From the NCBI GenBank assembly GCA_024276825.1, contig JAJRWI010000029.1, positions 1 through 14,545 on the forward strand: 14,545 nt of DNA, in the 5' to 3' direction. The position numbers and the translations under genes are program-made. This DNA is from an archaeon (lineage in GTDB: Archaea; Asgardarchaeota; Thorarchaeia; Thorarchaeales; Thorarchaeaceae). Of this stretch, positions 8,413 through 14,545 are shown piece by piece. Under the pieces are notes generated by a model. The model searched no databases. It had not been told where the DNA came from and worked only from the letters and a program-made list of their open reading frames with translations. The stretch's first letter is position 1; every line of letters begins with the position of its first letter.

Positions 8413-8467
8413 ATGAAACGTTTACTGATTTGTATGATGGGGATTTAAATAGTAGTAAACGTTTACT
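8413..8467 (+). promoter_or_regulatory. Promoter with TATA box flanked by two palindromic operators
   Basis: ATGAAACGTTTACT 8413-8426; TTTAAAT TATA-like box 8444-8450; perfect palindrome AGTAAACGTTTACT 8454-8467; GGGAGGG Shine-Dalgarno immediately before the 8492 CDS. A further half-site AGTAAACGCTCATC lies at 8263-8276. Confidence 0.7.
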
Positions 8468-8491
8468 GTAAAAGTCAGCCGCCGGGAGGGC

Positions 8492-8770
8492 TTGACCGAA
8501 ATGATGATGTTCAGCAGAATGTTAAGAAGGCAAGGATTCTATCGGGTTAAAAATCAGAGCGAACCAGTCTACATGAAACATCATGTTGGCCTTGGTGGAG
8601 TATATGTCAGAATTGAAAACCGCAGAGCATTGATAACTGTTCGAGACCTTGGCATCGAGGAAGAATTCACTAGAGTCAAGCAGCTTGAGAAGTTCATCAA
8701 TGAACTTGAAGACGAAGCATACAGAAAGAAGTGTTTCATTGTTCACAAAATGAAAGGCATGGGGTCATAG
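8492..8770 (+). CDS. Small basic hypothetical protein (89-92 aa)
   Basis: Clean ORF with GGGAGGG upstream. Start is TTG 8492 or ATG 8501. It has its own promoter, and the predicted pattern is alpha, then several beta strands, then alpha. Confidence 0.8.
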   Translation: MTEMMMFSRMLRRQGFYRVKNQSEPVYMKHHVGLGGVYVRIENRRALITVRDLGIEEEFTRVKQLEKFINELEDEAYRKKCFIVHKMKGMGS

Positions 8771-8806
8771 ACTGCAGGGGTTCTCCTCATCTCTAAATTG
8801 CGATCC

Positions 8807-8855
8807 GAGTGTGATTGGGCGGGCATATTGTGGGGGTGCCTGCTCAAACTCACTC
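8807..8855 (+). other. 20-bp GC-rich stem-loop in the 3' region of the small gene (structured UTR, terminator or ncRNA)
   Basis: GAGTGTGATTGGGCGGGCAT (8807-8826) pairs with GTGCCTGCTCAAACTCACTC (8836-8855): 15 Watson-Crick pairs, 3 G-U pairs, 2 mismatches and a 9-nt loop. Confidence 0.65.
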
Positions 8856-8968
8856 AACAATATTATGGTTCAACATATTTTCTTATTGAATTATTTCTTT
8901 AATTAAAATAATCAATACATTATGTTGGAATAATAAACTAAAACCTCAAAAAGCACACTGTATTACAA

Positions 8969-9583
8969 TTGATGATAAAATTGGACAACATTACAATTCT
9001 GGGATTTGGTGACAGCTTGACATCAGGATATCCTGGCTATGATCCAGACTATTTGTCGGGCAATATAAGGTCTCAGTATGGATTCTGGCTGATTGAATAT
9101 GCAAAGAAGGAATATGTCAACAATCTGATCTTTCAAAACAGAGGAATTCCAGGAGAGCTTGCAACCCAGATGTATCCTCGGCTTGGGCAAATTCTATCAC
9201 AGCAGCAATACAATATTGTGATTATCCTTGGAGGTTCTAATGATATAGGATGGGGTGTTCCTATTAACAAGATCTATAAGAGCTTGGAAAGGATGTGGAG
9301 GCTGGCATTGACAAAGAACTCTAAAGTGGTGGCATGCACTGTTCCGCCAATTGCAGACCATTTTATGGATATTCAAAAAAAGCAACATGAATTAAATGAA
9401 ATGATTATTAATGGAATAATCTCTGATGACATGATAGTTGTTGATCTATTTACTGATCTTTCTTCTGACGATGGACTCTTGAAAAATGAATATGATGTTG
9501 GTGATGGCTTGCATCTTAGTGTTGAAGGTTATCGAAAAATGGGTGAGTCAATCTGGCAAAATGGAGTTAGAAACTGGATATGA
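8969..9583 (+). CDS. SGNH/GDSL family hydrolase (lipase/esterase)
   Basis: Block I FGDSLT, block II NRGIPG, block III LGGSND, block V DGLHLS. Start is 8969 (TTG) or 8972 (ATG). Confidence 0.93.
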   Translation: MMIKLDNITILGFGDSLTSGYPGYDPDYLSGNIRSQYGFWLIEYAKKEYVNNLIFQNRGIPGELATQMYPRLGQILSQQQYNIVIILGGSNDIGWGVPINKIYKSLERMWRLALTKNSKVVACTVPPIADHFMDIQKKQHELNEMIINGIISDDMIVVDLFTDLSSDDGLLKNEYDVGDGLHLSVEGYRKMGESIWQNGVRNWI

Positions 9584-9661
9584 TTTAATCATTTCTGTGG
9601 AGATTTTCTGATAATTCTAAATATTTATGAGTTGAATTTCAGTCTACTTAGATGAAAGCAA

Positions 9662-10927
9662 ATGAAGGAGAGCAACCTGAAAAATCATATTGAAACTGCA
9701 ATCATTTTACTTATGCTTGCTTCAATCTTTCTTATAATTCCCTACAATGGCATAGATAATGATGCACAAATTAACACCAATGTCAATATGCAAGCCAATC
9801 TTTCACAGACAAATCATCCTGCCATTATTATCGAATCAGATACTGATTTTGAAAGTCAGGGTTTTCCAGGTTCTGGGACATATCAAGATCCTTATCGAAT
9901 TGAGGGATTCACGATATCAACATCTGAAATATGCATAAACATCACATCAACAAACTCTTATTTTATCATTAAAGATTGCATTTTAAAAGGCAGCAACATT
10001 GGCATCGGCATCCATCTTAAAAATGTGTCCCATGGAACTCTGATGAACAACACAATACGCAATAAAACTGTGGGGATTCAAGCAGAGTCGGTCTATAATA
10101 TGACAATTGCGAATAATACAATTTACCATAATGTGCAAGATGGGGTCACTCTTATTTCAGGTATTTTAATCAATATCACTGGAAATATTGTCTTCCAAAA
10201 TGGCAGAAATGGGATCTTAATCTATCAAGATTCAAGAAATAACACATTAACATGGAATTTTGTTCACAGCAACGATGCCTACGGAATAGTATTCGAACAG
10301 TATAACAACTATAGCCTTCTACACTCAAACATTCTAGCGGCAAGTTATGCAGGAATAGCGATGGACAACGGTTATTGCAATTCATGGAACATTTCTGATG
10401 AAGGAAACTTTTGGATTGACTATTCAGGTGTGGGTTGGCGCATAATTAATGGTAATGCTGGCAGCATTGATTATCATCCTCAACTCCTACCATTATCATA
10501 CGATATCTTCCCCCCTACAATAGATCATCCGCTCGACTTGCTCACTTATACTCCAAATGCCACTGGTACCATTATTTGGCACGCATATGATACCTACCCC
10601 AAAGAATACGTGCTTGTCATAGATGGCGTTCAATTGCCTTCACAATCTTGGAATGGTGGCCCTATTTCCGCAGGTTTTGATAATCTCTATGAGGGGCTCT
10701 ATAATTTTACATTGATTGTATACGATCAAGCTGATAATTGGGTGAGTGACACTGTATGGGTTTATGTCACACAAAAAGCACTACCACCTCCCCCAAGTAC
10801 TACAACAACTAATAGAATTCCTCAAGGTGGCAATGCAATCCAACAGTTCCAAATCATAATCACTGCTGTTTCTGGGGGATTAGTCTTGACTATTGTCTTG
10901 ATTGAAATTCATAAGCGCCGCAAATAA
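9662..10927 (+). CDS. Membrane-anchored NosD/right-handed beta-helix surface protein
   Basis: N-terminal hydrophobic segment; 'GFPGSGTYQDPYRIEG'; repeated NNTI/NN..GI beta-helix turns; GNFWIDY...D.HP; an Ig-like module; a PPPPSTTTT linker; C-terminal TM followed by HKRRK. Confidence 0.88.
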   Translation: MKESNLKNHIETAIILLMLASIFLIIPYNGIDNDAQINTNVNMQANLSQTNHPAIIIESDTDFESQGFPGSGTYQDPYRIEGFTISTSEICINITSTNSYFIIKDCILKGSNIGIGIHLKNVSHGTLMNNTIRNKTVGIQAESVYNMTIANNTIYHNVQDGVTLISGILINITGNIVFQNGRNGILIYQDSRNNTLTWNFVHSNDAYGIVFEQYNNYSLLHSNILAASYAGIAMDNGYCNSWNISDEGNFWIDYSGVGWRIINGNAGSIDYHPQLLPLSYDIFPPTIDHPLDLLTYTPNATGTIIWHAYDTYPKEYVLVIDGVQLPSQSWNGGPISAGFDNLYEGLYNFTLIVYDQADNWVSDTVWVYVTQKALPPPPSTTTTNRIPQGGNAIQQFQIIITAVSGGLVLTIVLIEIHKRRK

Positions 10928-10982
10928 TCTATCATTTCACTTTCATCTACTGCCAAGCAACTGATAACAATGTTGACTCTAC

Positions 10983-12158
10983 TTAGGGATGTCTAACATT
11001 TGGTTTTACAAATGCCAGCAGTATTATTGCAATCAGAGCAAGTATTAGAGAGTACTGAAATGCTGCGATGGCTCCGAATGTGTACCAGAAGTACCCTATG
11101 AAAATCCCTGCTGGCAATGCACTAATGCCAACAGACATCTGAAAAGCACCTATTATGCTTGCTCTTCTCTCTTGCTCGACAAGATCGGAGATCAAAGAGG
11201 TCTGCACTGGATCAAGTGCTCCTGCTGAAAGTCCAAAGAACACAAATAATGGAATCACACTTATCATATCGTTGACAATCATGGCCCAGAGAGATGTAAA
11301 GATGAGCATAATAAATGCTATCATCAAGATTGGCTTTCTTCCCAATTTGTCAGATGCTCTTCCAAATGGATATGCACTCAAAGAGTATACGATTGTGAAT
11401 AAAATATAGAGCAATGGCAATTGTGTTTCCGTGTAGCCAAAACCTCCTGAGAAGAGAATAAGAAAAGAATAGCTCATGGTCGCAAGGGCAAAAACAACAG
11501 AAGCCACCAAGAATAGTTTCAGATCTCGGTTGAGTCCTCGAAAGCTAATCCCCTTGAAGACATCTTTTCCTCTTTTCTCTTTGATTAAAACTGCAATAAT
11601 AATCACAGAACCGATTGCAGGGATTGTAGAGAATAAGATGATAGTATAATATGCCATTGCTGGATCAGCAAACCACCATAGTAGAAAGGAAAACAAGAAG
11701 TATGTGATGATTGACCCAACAACTGCTCCTGCACTATCCATAGCCCTTAGAACTCCAAATGCACTTCCTCGCTTATTCTCACCAGCATGATCGGCAACTA
11801 TTGCATCTCTTGGTGGACCTCGCATTTTTCCAAGTCTGTCTAGTGTCTTCCAGAAAACAATATGGTAGAATGTGCGTGAGATTATGAAACCAAGTCTGGA
11901 CAACATTGCCATGAAATATCCTGCTGTTATGAATGCTTTGCGCTTGCCTGTTCTGTCTGAAATATAACCAGAGCCAATCTTGGAGAGTGATGCAACCGTT
12001 AATGCTAGTCCATCAATCACACTGATTTGAAACACATTCAGTAAGAGAATGTTTGATAAGAATGTAGGCCATATAGGTGCAATCATATCAGTCGACGCGT
12101 CATTTAGTAATGAAGCTGTTCCAAAGATTAGAGTTGGATCACGCCTTTCTTCTGTCAT
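10983..12158 (-). CDS. MFS transporter
   Basis: About 12 TM segments, with motif A in both halves (GYISDRTGKRK, GRASDKLGRK) and DRLGKMRGPPRDA. Confidence 0.93.
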   Translation of the reverse strand: MTEERRDPTLIFGTASLLNDASTDMIAPIWPTFLSNILLLNVFQISVIDGLALTVASLSKIGSGYISDRTGKRKAFITAGYFMAMLSRLGFIISRTFYHIVFWKTLDRLGKMRGPPRDAIVADHAGENKRGSAFGVLRAMDSAGAVVGSIITYFLFSFLLWWFADPAMAYYTIILFSTIPAIGSVIIIAVLIKEKRGKDVFKGISFRGLNRDLKLFLVASVVFALATMSYSFLILFSGGFGYTETQLPLLYILFTIVYSLSAYPFGRASDKLGRKPILMIAFIMLIFTSLWAMIVNDMISVIPLFVFFGLSAGALDPVQTSLISDLVEQERRASIIGAFQMSVGISALPAGIFIGYFWYTFGAIAAFQYSLILALIAIILLAFVKPNVRHP

Positions 12159-12602
12159 TTATAATGCCTTGCTGAAGTAATGAAATTGCGATAATATGTT
12201 GGCTTATTTCTTTATGGTTGATGTAATTTATCAATTTGCGGTAATTTGTATAAGCGGTTCTAGAATAAAAAGGTCCTAATGATGAAAATGGTTCAATTAT
12301 CGAGCATGACAGTAAAGAAAGTCCATAACAGATTCATGTCTTGTCATTCATTTTTAATTTGACAATTTTTGATATCTGAGTTCTGTCTGCCCAGAAAACG
12401 GCACTGGGTACATTTCAAAATAGAGTATTGTGAGATATTTAATAAACTCTTAGATCCTAGGCCCCTAGTTGGTTCGTTGTGTAATGAGTGTCCAGCTTTG
12501 TCCAAGCTCTGCGCATCTATTCGCATCCCTATAATTGCCATGCCTTGAATTCATGCACGCTAAAGCTATAATTTGAAACATAATGAATATCTATATAATA
12601 AC

Positions 12603-12645
12603 TGCTATCATAGCAATTATTCATATAAATATCGCTATCATAGTG
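12603..12645. promoter_or_regulatory. Two palindromic operators flanking the TATA-like box of the PadR gene
   Basis: Palindrome TGCTAT-C-ATAGCA at 12603-12615 and near-copy CGCTATCATAGTG at 12633-12645, 30 bp apart, with ATATAAAT between them. Confidence 0.7.
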
Positions 12646-12664
12646 AACTGATGTGTGAGTCTAT

Positions 12665-13528
12665 ATGAATAGTAATGAATTAAGAGAATTCATTCTTCGA
12701 AATTTCCACAAGCAACTCTTTCATGGCTATCAGGTATTTCAGGCGCTTGAAGAAATGCGAATTTCTATTAGTACCACGCGATTGTATAAAGTTCTTAATG
12801 GCATGCTTTCAGAAGGACTGCTAAAGGATAAATGGGTAAAGAGTGAAGCAGGACCCCAAAAGAGGGTTTACAAACTCACAAAGCTGGGCCATCAAGAAAG
12901 GAACAAGATTCTTAGAAGGGCAATTAGTATAGTTCATGAGTTCTATTTAGAATATATCAATAGCTTTCCGAAAGAAAAGAACCGTGTGTACAATATTTGC
13001 ACGCTTCTGAGTAAGCATGTTTCAAAAAATGGAACAATTGGCAGTCTGGTATGCAACTTCTCAGAATCAACTAGGTATATTCTTAAAGCTCTACAAAAGG
13101 CTGCACACAAGGCAAAAAAATACATGATTGTAACTTGTGGACTCCCATCATCAGGATACGAGGGATGGTCGATCCTTGAGGGCAGATGCAGCAATATTCC
13201 TCTAAAGCGAAGTTTTCTTGATCTTTTATTCCTGCCGGGACTGGATATGCATTTCTGCAAGAACCTTGATATTGATGAATGCATAAATGTGTTGAAGCCA
13301 GATGGCACACTAGCCTTCTTAACCCCTGCAATATTGCTAAAAAAACGAGATGATGCAATGGCCATAGGCGAATTCATTGAGTTTCTGATGCATGCAAGTG
13401 TGGACGGCCAAATACCTCTCTTCGTATGGAATTTAATTGATGATCTTAAAAACAGGTTCAAATCAATGGAAATCAAGGAGTATGGAGATATCGCTCTTGT
13501 ACTTGCCAAGCAAAAAAAAGAATCATGA
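12665..13528 (+). CDS. PadR-family winged-helix regulator fused to a degenerate class I methyltransferase-like domain
   Basis: N-terminal PadR pattern FHGYQV...RLYKVLNGMLSEGLL...WVKSEAGPQKRVYKLTKLG. C-terminal IPLKRSFLDLL...ECINVLKPDGTLAF resembles Methyltransf_11 motifs but no GxGxG is visible. Confidence 0.85.
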   Translation: MNSNELREFILRNFHKQLFHGYQVFQALEEMRISISTTRLYKVLNGMLSEGLLKDKWVKSEAGPQKRVYKLTKLGHQERNKILRRAISIVHEFYLEYINSFPKEKNRVYNICTLLSKHVSKNGTIGSLVCNFSESTRYILKALQKAAHKAKKYMIVTCGLPSSGYEGWSILEGRCSNIPLKRSFLDLLFLPGLDMHFCKNLDIDECINVLKPDGTLAFLTPAILLKKRDDAMAIGEFIEFLMHASVDGQIPLFVWNLIDDLKNRFKSMEIKEYGDIALVLAKQKKES

Positions 13529-13602
13529 TTAAGCCAATTTCAAGATTACTTGGTATAGAATTTCAGATTTACACATAACTTTCGAAAAACAAACTGTAAG
13601 CT

Positions 13603-13629
13603 GGCTATCATCGGTATGCTACCATAGCT
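13603..13629. promoter_or_regulatory. Tandem degenerate copies of the GCTAtCATAGC operator upstream of the last gene
   Basis: GGCTATCATCGGT 13603-13615 and TGCTACCATAGCT 13617-13629, followed by a TTTAAA TATA-like box at 13645-13650 and GGAGG at 13680-13684. Confidence 0.6.
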
Positions 13630-13692
13630 AAGTTACAATACGAATTTAAATGCTGATTTTTGGGTGACATTTGAAAGCAGGAGGCAGACATT

Positions 13693-14545
13693 TTGCTAAA
13701 GCGTAAAAATATGGCGAAAATAGCACTGTTCCTACTCGTATTCTCCATGGCGATTACATTTGCCTTTACAAACATTAGTAAGGCAGATACGGATGTCACA
13801 TCATTTGACAGCTGGAGGCCATGGACGAGTAGCTGTGGTTGTCACAGCAGTGCGACTAATATACAAGTGGATGGAGAAGTCATTTTTGACAGTCCCACAA
13901 TAGTGAAACCTGGCGATCAATTTACAATAAAAGTAAAGGTCAGTGGGTTTGTAGACGCCGCAGGTGGAGCAATCACATTGGGATTGAATGTACTTGATTT
14001 CGACAACGGTCTTTTTATGACAGAAACCAAGGCTCAAGCCCTTCATGGCGTTGATTCTAATGGCGATTCAACAGATTGGACTCCAGCCTTTACATTAACC
14101 GCACCCAGTGAACCAGGAGTATATACTCTACTTGCCTATGGTGTTGATGGGCAAGGCGGAACTGACTCTTGGGTCTGGGTAATGGGAACCAAGCAGATAG
14201 TAGTAAGTGCCGGAGCATACACCGACCTTGATCTATATGCTGATGATGCGGCCAACTATCTCATTGCAAATGCCGTTCAAGATGGCAATGGTCTAAAATG
14301 GGCAGAATATAACGGCACGACTGCTAAATTCAAGACCGGCTATCTGAAGGGTGCAGCAGGCATAGGTGAATACTTCCTCGAAATGTACCGCTATTCAGTT
14401 AGCAATCCATTCTTTGAGGGAGTTTCACCTGATGCAACAATATACCTTGATGTTGCTAAAGAAACAGCAATATGGTTGATGTACCGTGCGATTCCTGAGT
14501 TCAATGGCTACAAGTTGCCACAGGCATTTGAGGCTGACAACACAA
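13693..14545 (+). CDS. Secreted protein, 3'-truncated by the window edge: signal peptide, CxCH/Reeler-like beta domain, then LanC-like alpha/alpha-toroid repeats
   Basis: Absent from the ORF track because there is no stop in the window. Manual translation from TTG 13693 (GGAGG 8 nt upstream; alternative ATG 13711) stays open to the end: MLKRKNMAKIALFLLVFSMAITFAFTNISKA-DTD...SSCGCH...VKPGDQFTIKVKV...TLTAPSEPGVYTLLAYGVDG...AANYLIANAVQDGNGLKW...TGYLKGAAGIGEYFLEMYR...YLDVAKETAIWL. Confidence 0.85.
   Translation, partial: MLKRKNMAKIALFLLVFSMAITFAFTNISKADTDVTSFDSWRPWTSSCGCHSSATNIQVDGEVIFDSPTIVKPGDQFTIKVKVSGFVDAAGGAITLGLNVLDFDNGLFMTETKAQALHGVDSNGDSTDWTPAFTLTAPSEPGVYTLLAYGVDGQGGTDSWVWVMGTKQIVVSAGAYTDLDLYADDAANYLIANAVQDGNGLKWAEYNGTTAKFKTGYLKGAAGIGEYFLEMYRYSVSNPFFEGVSPDATIYLDVAKETAIWLMYRAIPEFNGYKLPQAFEADNT

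Noticed and set aside
8807-8855. SECIS element interpretation of the hairpin
   Set aside because: No tandem GA quartet on the 3' arm, no apical AA, and no in-frame UGA in the upstream gene, which ends in TAG.
12344-12541. 65-aa minus-strand ORF with CTQC
   Set aside because: Only one CxxC, no recognisable family and no clear Shine-Dalgarno; treated as intergenic.
12943-13509. 188-aa antisense ORF, and the other short ORFs nested in or antisense to major genes (e.g. 3893-4186, 5760-6077, 7260-7610, 7836-8141, 13608-13799, 13801-14046)
   Set aside because: Shadow ORFs overlapping well-supported genes, with no protein-like motifs.

Overview
AT-rich archaeal chromosomal window, most consistent with an Asgard archaeon, probably Thorarchaeia-like. 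This is inferred from the gene repertoire: a longin-domain protein, a DUF106/EMC3-like insertase, a geranylgeranyl reductase, membrane-anchored NosD-like and LanC-like surface proteins, and TATA-type promoters with GGAGG/AGGTG Shine-Dalgarno sites. It holds about 14 real CDSs. In order: a hypothetical protein with tubby/LURP-one/scramblase-like character; a translationally coupled operon of two paralogous 3-TM proteins plus a longin-V4R fusion; a geranylgeranyl reductase; a ferritin-like protein; a DUF362 Fe-S protein; a DUF106/EMC3-TMCO1 protein; a small basic hypothetical protein followed by a long RNA-like hairpin; an SGNH hydrolase; a NosD/beta-helix surface protein; an MFS transporter; a PadR fused to a degenerate methyltransferase fold; and a 3'-truncated secreted CxCH/Reeler-like plus LanC-like protein that the ORF track missed. 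Two palindromic operator families recur in intergenic DNA: AGTAAACGnTTACT and GCTAtCATAGC. No tRNA, rRNA, CRISPR array or transposase was seen. The best candidates for an undescribed system are the split 3TM+3TM receptor with its longin-V4R (TRAPP-like fold pairing) partner, and the PadR-pseudo-methyltransferase regulon with its operators and LanC-like target. All family calls come from motif recognition by eye, not database searches.
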